In this document: positions 1 to 5,425 of the stretch, piece after piece
Layout of the letters: every line of letters starts with the position of its first letter
Position numbering within the stretch: the stretch's first letter is position 1
DNA from: a virus
Taxonomy: Duplodnaviria; Heunggongvirae; Uroviricota; Caudoviricetes
Direction: 5' to 3' (one strand)
Virus record (IMG/VR): IMGVR_UViG_2675903578_000013
DNA: 5,475 nucleotides
The notes under the pieces: model-generated
The model's database searches: none
Seen by the model: the letters and a program-made list of their open reading frames with translations, nothing else
What the model was told of the DNA's origin: nothing
Made by a program: the position numbers and the translations under genes

Positions 1-101
1 AGCCAGCTTTCCAGGGATTTCAGCAGCGGTTTCGTTTTCAACTGACGTTCGGCAAGGCGCTGTTTCAGCAGGAAGATGTCGTCAGAAGAGATGTCGTTCA
101 T
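1..101 (-). CDS. hypothetical protein, N-terminal fragment (gene continues beyond the left edge)
   Basis: ATG at 101..99 on the minus strand opens a frame that stays open to position 1; hand translation gives MNDISSDDIFLLKQRLAERQLKTKPLLKSLESW, which looks protein-like, while the opposite-strand frame is Arg/Ser/Cys-rich. No clear Shine-Dalgarno. Not in the supplied ORF track, presumably because the window edge truncates it. Confidence 0.3.
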   Translation of the reverse strand, partial: MNDISSDDIFLLKQRLAERQLKTKPLLKSLESW

Positions 102-203
102 AAGCCCGTATTTTACCGGGCTTATTCTGTGACAACCAGGATAAAGAGATTTACAGCATGGTCAGGGAGGTCAGCAGCCGCTTAGGCTGTCTATAGCGCG
201 GCG

Positions 204-274
204 ATTTTTTTGATACCGATTTGCATTTCATTTGATACCGCTGAAAAACGCCGATACGCAACTTATTTGATACT
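204..274. repeat. direct repeats of TTTGATAC(C/T): two copies of TTTGATACCG exactly 22 bp apart, a third TTTGATAC and a GATAC nearby
   Basis: TTTGATACCG at 209-218 and 231-240; TTTGATAC at 266-273; CCGATACG at 251-258. Read directly from the sequence. Confidence 0.5.
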
Positions 275-300
275 AAATCGGCGCTTTTCTTTTGAGTTTT
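244..300 (-). terminator. hairpin terminator downstream of mom, possibly bidirectional
   Basis: Inverted repeat CGCCGAT (249-255) / ATCGGCG (277-283) with a 21-nt loop. On the minus strand it is followed by TTTTT (complement of 244-248); on the plus strand by CTTTTCTTTTGAGTTTT (284-300). It lies 37 bp past the mom stop codon (320-322). The long loop makes it atypical. Confidence 0.4.
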
Positions 301-319
301 AGAATGAGTTTTTAAGCGT

Positions 320-1057
320 TCATTCACTCTCTTTCAAACCAGTTTTAACTGTTTGTGGTTTTGGGTAAGGCTGGACTTTGAATAGCTTTGTGTTAAGGCG
401 TTTTCTGGCTCTCTTGTCCAGAAACCGGATGTAACGAAACTGACGGAATTTATGAACACTGGCTCTGTCGATATTAGCCCGCAGATGTTCACCTCGCTGT
501 CCTCCTCGTTTGATTGCATTCTTGCAAATCTCGTGATACCACTCGCCATCAAGTTCATAGAATGTTGTTTCATGACTGCCTACATAATCAAAATTGCTTG
601 CCTGGTACACGACACCAAGACAGCCACAACGCTCATCTGCAAACGACTGAACCCACTGCACCTGCGGATAAAGTTGTCTGATTAGTTTGAGCGCGTAACT
701 GATTGCCCTTGATTCGGAGTTTCTCGGCATACAGTCATGCAGCCATAACCGGTTAAGCTCCATATATTCGCGGTTCTGCGTGCCAGTTACGACGCGTGCA
801 CCATTGTTTGGATTAAGGGCATAACCCCATTGCATTACGCCAACCAGCTCCCGTTCTGAAAATATGCCCAGATGAAGGTAGGAATTATTTACGAAACGAT
901 GGCTGTAATGTTTATTGACGACGACCAGCCGGGCCAGCCAGCAACTTATTGTCTCAACCCGTAACTCACGGGAGCCATAACCGACGATATTGTCGTTATA
1001 GTGAATAAGTTCAGGCGTGCTGATGATACGGGATGTAACTTGCTTTCTGTTCCCCAC
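320..1057 (-). CDS. mom: Mom-like DNA modification protein (anti-restriction adenine modification)
   Basis: The 310-aa open frame (320..1252) has its 5' end overlapping, in another frame, a gene for a Com-like zinc-finger protein, which is the arrangement of the phage Mu com-mom operon. I cannot reproduce the Mu Mom sequence from memory, so the family call rests mainly on this context. Start is uncertain: I place it at GTG 1057..1055, which has AAGGA about 9 nt upstream and overlaps the com 3' end by about 15 codons. The frame stays open up to GTG 1252 and ATG 1219, but those would overlap all of com. Stop codon TGA at 322..320. Confidence 0.65.
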   Translation of the reverse strand: MGNRKQVTSRIISTPELIHYNDNIVGYGSRELRVETISCWLARLVVVNKHYSHRFVNNSYLHLGIFSERELVGVMQWGYALNPNNGARVVTGTQNREYMELNRLWLHDCMPRNSESRAISYALKLIRQLYPQVQWVQSFADERCGCLGVVYQASNFDYVGSHETTFYELDGEWYHEICKNAIKRGGQRGEHLRANIDRASVHKFRQFRYIRFLDKRARKRLNTKLFKVQPYPKPQTVKTGLKESE

Positions 1058-1211
1058 GACAGGATTTCCTTGTGTATGTGGGGTGCTCTGTGGCGCTCTG
1101 AGATGTGATTTGATTGAGGGTTTTACAGCGCGGACATTTAACTTCCAGATAACTGAAGCTGGCTCGTGCCAGTAGCTTGTTACAATGTCGGCACCGTATG
1201 TTTCGATACAT
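1011..1211 (-). CDS. com: Com-like zinc-finger translational activator of mom
   Basis: ATG at 1211..1209 preceded by AGGAGG (1227..1222). The product [30 protein letters not shown]... has two CxxC pairs and closely matches my recollection of Mu Com (MKSIRCKNCNKLLFKADSFDHIEIRCPRCK...). The 66-aa size fits Mu Com at roughly 62 aa. The ORF-track entry (1011..1256) begins at a TTG; the internal ATG is the likely true start. Confidence 0.75.
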   Translation of the reverse strand: MYRNIRCRHCNKLLARASFSYLEVKCPRCKTLNQITSQSATEHPTYTRKSCRGEQKASYIPYHQHA

Positions 1212-1300
1212 GGCCGCATAACCTCCTGCTTTGTTGTTGATATCTTTATCACTCAATCGATCGACAAAAACGATCGATTTGATTTATTTAATTGATACAA
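1212..1300 (-). promoter_or_regulatory. putative com/mom promoter and control region with clustered GATC (Dam) sites
   Basis: AT-rich region directly upstream of com. GATC at 1259-1262 and 1272-1275, both inside short palindromes (TCGATCGA, CGATCGAT), and a third at 1341-1344. In Mu, mom transcription depends on Dam methylation of GATC sites upstream of the promoter. I could not place -35/-10 hexamers confidently. Confidence 0.4.
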
Positions 1301-1467
1301 CAAATAACACGAAATGTCATTAGCGAAAATTTATGAGTTTGATCACTAATTTTAAACGGTGCTGTAACGCATAAGTGCTGAATGATTGTACATTTGAATA
1401 CCGCAAAGCAAACAAATCAACTAATTTATAGAAGTCAATTGGTTAATTGCCAGCGTAAGAGGCTGCT

Positions 1468-1761
1468 ATGGACAATCATGTAACGACGAGAAATCGAAAA
1501 ATGATTGAAAATGCGGAAATCTATAATGATTATTTTTCCGATTATTCAGATGCCTGCAAATACAGTTCGAGTGCGGGAGAGTTCATATGCTTCAACTTTT
1601 TTATTAAATCTTATGTTTTTCCTCCACAGCAAGAAGATGGAGGTGTGCCACCTCCTGAAATCACTTTGCACCGTATAGCCTCCGTCTCAATGATGGAGCA
1701 ACAGGCTAATGAGCTGTATAGCATTCTGGGAACGATTCTACAAAAGCGTGAATCGGACTAA
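1468..1761 (+). CDS. hypothetical protein (97 aa), divergent from com/mom
   Basis: ATG at 1468 preceded by AAGAGG at 5-nt spacing. A 97-codon open frame in AT-rich, stop-prone sequence. No family recognised; the C-terminal half (PPPEITLHRIASVSMMEQQANELYSILGTILQKRESD) looks protein-like. Confidence 0.45.
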   Translation: MDNHVTTRNRKMIENAEIYNDYFSDYSDACKYSSSAGEFICFNFFIKSYVFPPQQEDGGVPPPEITLHRIASVSMMEQQANELYSILGTILQKRESD

Positions 1762-1842
1762 TGATACCGGTTCATTTGCCTGCCCGGATGGGGAAGCAGG
1801 ATTGACTGCTCCATAAGCAGCTATATTTCTGAATACGAAATA

Positions 1843-1871
1843 CTATCCAGCGATTACATATGGCTGGATAG
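1843..1871. other. perfect 9-bp inverted repeat with 11-bp spacer, in a convergent intergenic region (possible terminator or operator)
   Basis: CTATCCAGC (1843-1851) / GCTGGATAG (1863-1871), perfectly complementary. A second hairpin, CAAACCGG (1896-1903) / CCGGTTTG (1916-1923), lies just past the stop of the 84-aa gene. Neither has a strong U-tract. Confidence 0.3.
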
Positions 1872-1928
1872 CGGCAAAGATGTTTTCATTAGTGTCAAAC
1901 CGGCAGAGGACACCACCGGTTTGTATTG

Positions 1929-2183
1929 TTACATCATGGTACTGTCAGTTCCGGGCTGAGCCGGGTCTGGTTGCTCTGGCTGCGCGTCGGTTTTCGGCTC
2001 ATTATCAGCATCACTGGCCGCAACTGCTGGCCCAATAAGTTTTGCCAGCACTTCATCAACGTAAGTGTCGATTTGTGCCTCAAAATCCTTGCGGACCTGC
2101 GCTTTCAGCAACTTATTTACTTCACCGGAATACAGTGCCTGTTTTACCAGGTCTTCAGTGACGGTGCCTTTAATTTCTGGCAT
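1929..2183 (-). CDS. hypothetical small acidic protein (84 aa)
   Basis: ATG at 2183..2181 with a strong AAGGAGG about 6 nt upstream. Product MPEIKGTVTEDLVKQALYSGEV... is strongly acidic with a Pro/Gln/Asp-rich C-terminal tail. It sits 35 bp downstream of the 60-aa gene, so the two are probably co-transcribed. Confidence 0.6.
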   Translation of the reverse strand: MPEIKGTVTEDLVKQALYSGEVNKLLKAQVRKDFEAQIDTYVDEVLAKLIGPAVAASDADNEPKTDAQPEQPDPAQPGTDSTMM

Positions 2184-2218
2184 GTATATCCTCCTTATGC
2201 GGGAATAAAGCCCTGCAA

Positions 2219-2401
2219 TCAGGGCTGGGTCGGGTCTTTTGGGAGCGGAGTTACCTGCGCTGTTTTACTGAGTTTTTCAGCTGCTGCGTCCTCAATTTTG
2301 CGGCGAACATAATTTCTGATGGCCTTATAACCACCACTCACCAGATATAACGCACATACTGCCGTGCAGAAATACAATAAAATAAGCTGTAAAAATGTCA
2401 T
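2219..2401 (-). CDS. hypothetical small membrane protein (60 aa, one predicted N-terminal TM helix)
   Basis: ATG at 2401..2399 with GGGAGGG 3-4 nt upstream. Product MTFLQLILLYFCTAVCALYLVSGGYKAIRNYVRRKIEDAAAEKLSK... has a hydrophobic stretch (residues 3-24) followed by a charged segment. The ORF-track entry (2219..2413) starts at an upstream TTG. Confidence 0.55.
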   Translation of the reverse strand: MTFLQLILLYFCTAVCALYLVSGGYKAIRNYVRRKIEDAAAEKLSKTAQVTPLPKDPTQP

Positions 2402-2497
2402 TATCCCTCCCAATTATTGACATGGTGTTGACACCGGTAATATCTGTTAGGTAAAAAGGTGCACTGCATTTTTTGCTTTGGATATAACGATCTTTTT

Positions 2498-2538
2498 GCC
2501 GCCGGTTTCTTGTTTTCCCTTACCGGCGGCATTTTTTT
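2498..2538 (+). terminator. rho-independent terminator, plus-strand orientation
   Basis: GCCGCCGGT (2498-2506) pairs perfectly with ACCGGCGGC (2522-2530), 15-nt loop, followed by ATTTTTTTAT (2531-2540). On the minus strand the hairpin is followed by AAAAAGA, so it is not a canonical terminator for the large minus-strand ORF that ends at 2546. Confidence 0.6.
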
Positions 2539-2545
2539 ATCCTGC

Positions 2546-3723
2546 TTACGCGTTATTCACTTCCACCACGATACTGTCAATCAGTACCGGGTAAGTCGCA
2601 TTTTTAGTGATATCGGTCACGCGCAACTTGTCTGCCGTAAACGTGCCGACCGGAGACTGCGACAGCATGAATGGTGTCCCGTCCTTACCATCAATGACCG
2701 GCGTCACCTCAATACTGTTGTTACCGGCAAAACGGAAGCCCAGCGTATGCCATTCGTTATTAAATGCGCCGAATGACCCCAGCTTCGTGTTCTGCGCCGT
2801 GTTTCCTTTGTGATACATCACGTTAAGGTCTGTGGCATCGCTCTGTACGTAGAACGATGCCAGCAGGTTATGACCGGCATTTCCTTCCAGAGTAACCCCT
2901 TGCGGCAGGGCAGAAACCGGCCAGTACAGCGCCAGTGCGTACTGATTAGCCGTAAGCGCGCCATCGAGTTTAAAACGACAACTGACAAGACCACCTTTAC
3001 CCAGCAGGTCCGCACCATTACCAGCATCATGCTCAAGGTACCAGGGGGCTCTTCCTGTTTCCTTGGTCAGTTTCATTGCCTTACCCCCGCTGGCTCCGGC
3101 ATCATCCACGATTTGAGCCTTGCCACCTCCGGCAGCCCAACCCTGTGGTGTCAACCGTCCTTCAGACTCAGATGCCCGGTAAGCAAATAGCGTACTCATC
3201 GTCGTGGTGTCTGCGGGTGGCGTGGACGGTTTTGATGGTGTATCAGGTGACGGCTTCTCATCCGGTGGTGTCACGGTCTGCCCACGCATCAGTTCAGCCG
3301 TGCGCCCTGCATGGAGCATAATAGCTGAGGCCAGACGGTCTGAAATGACGCCCCTGCGTGCCCATGAGCTGAAATGGCTGTCACGCTGTGTCGAAACAAA
3401 ACTGCCCTGGGTTCGGGATGCTGCACCGTAATACCCGACAGCCACAATATCCGGGTCTTCCGCCGGAGCATTCGTTGGCGTGCTCTGTCCATTCTCATCC
3501 GTCAGGAACGGTACAAAGAAAATTTTCTGTGCTTCCTTGCCTTTGTAGCCACCGTATACTGCCTCATATTTATCGGTGCCAGCGTTTTTCCAGTAATACG
3601 TGGTATCACCGCAAATCCACGGCACCGTGGTGGCATTTCCACTCACGCACTGCGCAGCAAGCGGAGCCAGGTCAGTTCTGAACTGCTGAACCATGGCCGT
3701 GAATAAACTATTATGCTGCTGGC
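2546..3723 (-). CDS. large hypothetical protein, C-terminal 392 aa; the 5' part is hidden in the N-run
   Basis: Continuous open frame from the N-run edge (3723) to stop TAA at 2548..2546. The translation has a globular region with Cys/His-containing segments (VPWICGDTTYYWKNAG ... HFSSWARRGV ... IMLHAGRTAEL), then a Pro/Thr/Ser-rich linker (TPPDEKPSPDTPSKPSTPPADTTT), then a Gly/Asn/Thr-rich C-terminal domain of about 210 aa. No family recognised by eye. The ORF-track frame reaches 4036 through the N's. Confidence 0.6.
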
Positions 3724-4021
3724 NNNNNNNNNNNNNNNNNNNNNNNNNNNNNNNNNNNNNNNNNNNNNNNNNNNNNNNNNNNNNNNNNNNNNNNNNNNNN
3801 NNNNNNNNNNNNNNNNNNNNNNNNNNNNNNNNNNNNNNNNNNNNNNNNNNNNNNNNNNNNNNNNNNNNNNNNNNNNNNNNNNNNNNNNNNNNNNNNNNNN
3901 NNNNNNNNNNNNNNNNNNNNNNNNNNNNNNNNNNNNNNNNNNNNNNNNNNNNNNNNNNNNNNNNNNNNNNNNNNNNNNNNNNNNNNNNNNNNNNNNNNNN
4001 NNNNNNNNNNNNNNNNNNNNN
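3724..4021. other. run of 298 N (unresolved or masked sequence)
   Basis: Literal N characters in the input. Confidence 0.98.
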
Positions 4022-4676
4022 GCAGTTTTTTGGCAATATGCAACCCCTGACCGACAGTCCCGTACTGGCCTTTTGCCAGATCAGCTTTCGGGTGGTTTAT
4101 CCCGCTCATATCCTGAACATCATGCAGGCAGTGGTCTGCCGGAATGATGTCGTTGTATGTACACGACGTACCGTTGGGCGTTACCGTACTGCGGCGTGCC
4201 AGTTGCTTAATNNNNNNNNNNNNNNNNNNNNNNNNNNNNNNNNNNNNNNNNNNNNNNNNNNNNNNNNNNNNNNNNNNNNNNNNNNNNNNNNNNNNNNNNN
4301 NNNNNNNNNNNNNNNNNNNNNNNNNNNNNNNNNNNNNNNNNNNNNNNNNNNNNNNNNNNNNNNNNNNNNNNNNNNNNNNNNNNNNNNNNNNNNNNNNNNN
4401 NNNNNNNNNNNNNNNNNNNNNNNNNNNNNNNNNNNNNNNNNNNNNNNNNNNNNNNNNNNNNNNNNNNNNNNNNNNNNNNNNGGGATTACCGGATACCGGC
4501 ATTACCCATAATGGCTCTTTCGTGCTGAAGCGGATCACGCAGTCTGCGAAGGTGATCCCCCCTTTATTACCCGAAGGGCGGAAAGGGCTTTCAATAAATG
4601 CCACCGTGCCACCGGCAACCTTGACTGAAAACTCTCCGGGCATGGCGGAGAGCATTTTCCACTTGGAGTCTGACAT
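4022..4676 (-). CDS. hypothetical protein, N-terminal part (a separate upstream gene or the 5' part of the large ORF); interrupted by an N-run
   Basis: ATG at 4676..4674 begins MSDSKWKMLSAMPGEFSVKVAGGTVAFIESPFRPSGNKGGITFADCVIRFSTKEPLWVMPVSGNP (4482-4676). The same frame is open across the 63 codons of real sequence at 4022-4211, on the far side of the 270-nt N-run. After the second N-run this frame stops at 3711-3713 while a different frame is open, so the gene either ends inside 3724-4021 or the gap length is not exact. Weak Shine-Dalgarno. Confidence 0.45.
4212..4481. other. run of 270 N (unresolved or masked sequence)
   Basis: Literal N characters in the input. Confidence 0.98.
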
Positions 4677-4749
4677 CGTCTTTTCTGCCTGTTTCTGAAT
4701 TAAACAGAGTCAGAATAGCGACCGCTGAAAAATATGTGTTTTGCGGAAA

Positions 4750-4781
4750 TTCAAAAAAGCGTCACGGTACTTTTGGTGACG
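4750..4781 (-). terminator. rho-independent terminator of the invertase gene
   Basis: On the minus strand: CGTCAC (4781..4776), 10-nt loop, GTGACG (4765..4760), then CTTTTTTG (4759..4752). The hairpin overlaps the last codons and the stop codon of the invertase gene. Confidence 0.5.
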
Positions 4782-5334
4782 GAGCTGGTGAGGCAGGAAA
4801 ATAACGATAAAGGGTGGAAAGGCCAATATCAAATATCAGTGCGATTTGTTTACGGGACTCGCCATTAGCCAGCAAACGGGCGATTTGCTCCCGCTCTTTC
4901 TCTGTCAGTTTCTGAGGTCTGCCGCCATGACGCCCCTGAGCACGGGCAGCAGCAAGACCCGCGCGTGTACGTTCAATAATGAGTTCCCGCTCCATTTCCG
5001 CCAGCGCGCCCATTATATGGAAAAAGAAACGTCCCATGGGAGTGGATGTATCAATATTGTCCGTAATGCTGCGGAAGTTAACGCCGCGTTGCCGGAGTTC
5101 TTCTGTTAAAAGGACAAGGTGCTGCATACTGCGTCCAAGGCGATCCAGTTTCCAGACCAGCAGGGTATCCCCTGGCCGGAGTCGCTTTAATGCGCGTTTA
5201 AGTCCGGGACGCTCCCTTGTCTTACCGCTTATTCTGTCTTCGAAAAACAGCTCACATCCTGCACATTCCAGCGCATTTCTTTGTAGCGCCGTATTCTGGT
5301 CATTTGTTGACACCCTGATATACCCAATCAGCAT
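4762..5334 (-). CDS. pin: serine site-specific DNA invertase, Gin/Pin/Cin/Hin family
   Basis: 190-aa product MLIGYIRVSTNDQNTALQRNALECAGCELFFEDRISGKTRERPGLKRALKRL...GDTLLVWKLDRLGRSM...MGRFFFHIMGALAEMERELIIERTRAGLAAARAQGR...LSTLYRYF matches my recollection of Gin/Pin along its whole length, including the catalytic-serine N-terminus (RVSTNDQ) and the C-terminal HTH. ATG at 5334..5332 with AAGGAA upstream. The symbol is a family-level guess; it could equally be named gin or cin. Confidence 0.9.
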   Translation of the reverse strand: MLIGYIRVSTNDQNTALQRNALECAGCELFFEDRISGKTRERPGLKRALKRLRPGDTLLVWKLDRLGRSMQHLVLLTEELRQRGVNFRSITDNIDTSTPMGRFFFHIMGALAEMERELIIERTRAGLAAARAQGRHGGRPQKLTEKEREQIARLLANGESRKQIALIFDIGLSTLYRYFPASPAPSPKVP

Positions 5335-5399
5335 ACGATTTCCTTATTATAAAAAGCCGGAATTGTCGCATGAGGAATAAAACAGAGTTAATCCTGGCT

Positions 5400-5425
5400 T
5401 TCCTGAAAACCTCGGTTTACGGGAA
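5400..5425. other. 26-bp Gin/Pin-type recombination crossover site (gix/pix-like)
   Basis: TTCCTGAAAACC-TC-GGTTTACGGGAA: two imperfectly inverted 12-bp half-sites around a central dinucleotide. It is nearly identical to the Mu gix sequence as I remember it (TTCCTGTAAACCGAGGTTTTGGATAA and its complement). It lies 66 bp upstream of the invertase start, as gixR does relative to gin in Mu. Confidence 0.6.

Noticed and set aside
329-368. Second gix-like site (TTTCAAACC ... GGTTTTGGGTAA)
   Set aside because: GGTTTTGGGTAA resembles one gix half-site, but the partner half-site is not at the correct 2-bp spacing and the stretch lies inside the mom 3' coding region. Probably chance similarity, so the invertible segment cannot be delimited within the window.
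334-573. 79-aa minus-strand ORF
   Set aside because: An alternative frame inside mom, fully overlapped by the longer and better-supported frame.
452-685. 77-aa plus-strand ORF
   Set aside because: Lies entirely antisense within the mom coding region; the translation is hydrophobic and Cys-rich with no ribosome-binding site. Typical shadow ORF.
1058-1252. Using the full 310-aa ORF (GTG 1252 or ATG 1219) as the mom start
   Set aside because: It would overlap the whole com gene. The ATG at 1219 is only 2 nt from the AGGAGG that is correctly spaced for the com ATG. A GTG at 1057 with its own AAGGA fits the known com-mom overlap better. Kept as a finding, not as the annotated start.
1926-2312. 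128-aa plus-strand ORF
   Set aside because: Antisense to the 84-aa and 60-aa genes, which have strong ribosome-binding sites; Trp/Cys/Arg-rich translation.
2498-2538. This hairpin as the terminator of the large minus-strand ORF ending at 2546
   Set aside because: On the minus strand the hairpin is followed by AAAAAGA rather than a U-tract; the T-run is on the plus strand, so I annotated it as a plus-strand terminator.
2459-3706. Series of plus-strand ORFs (2459..2776, 2607..2813, 2810..3190, 3076..3321, 3204..3431, 3374..3706, 3388..3681) and minus-strand 2818..3036 and 3289..3498
   Set aside because: All lie within or antisense to the long minus-strand ORF 2546..3723 and have Arg/Cys/Ser/His-rich compositions typical of non-coding frames. 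2459..2776 would also run straight through the terminator hairpin.
3693-4698. Plus-strand ORFs 3693..4511, 3713..4147 and 4144..4698
   Set aside because: Their length comes mostly from N-runs translated as X; the real-sequence portions are short and antisense to the minus-strand frame that has a proper ATG start.
5346-5351. Perfect TATAAT (minus strand) as the invertase -10 element
   Set aside because: It sits only 11 nt upstream of the ATG, so a transcript starting from it would lack the AAGGAA ribosome-binding site. The real promoter is more likely further upstream, overlapping the crossover site as in Mu, but I could not place it confidently.
4846-5380. Plus-strand ORFs 4846..5109 and 4979..5380
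   Set aside because: Antisense to the confidently identified invertase gene.
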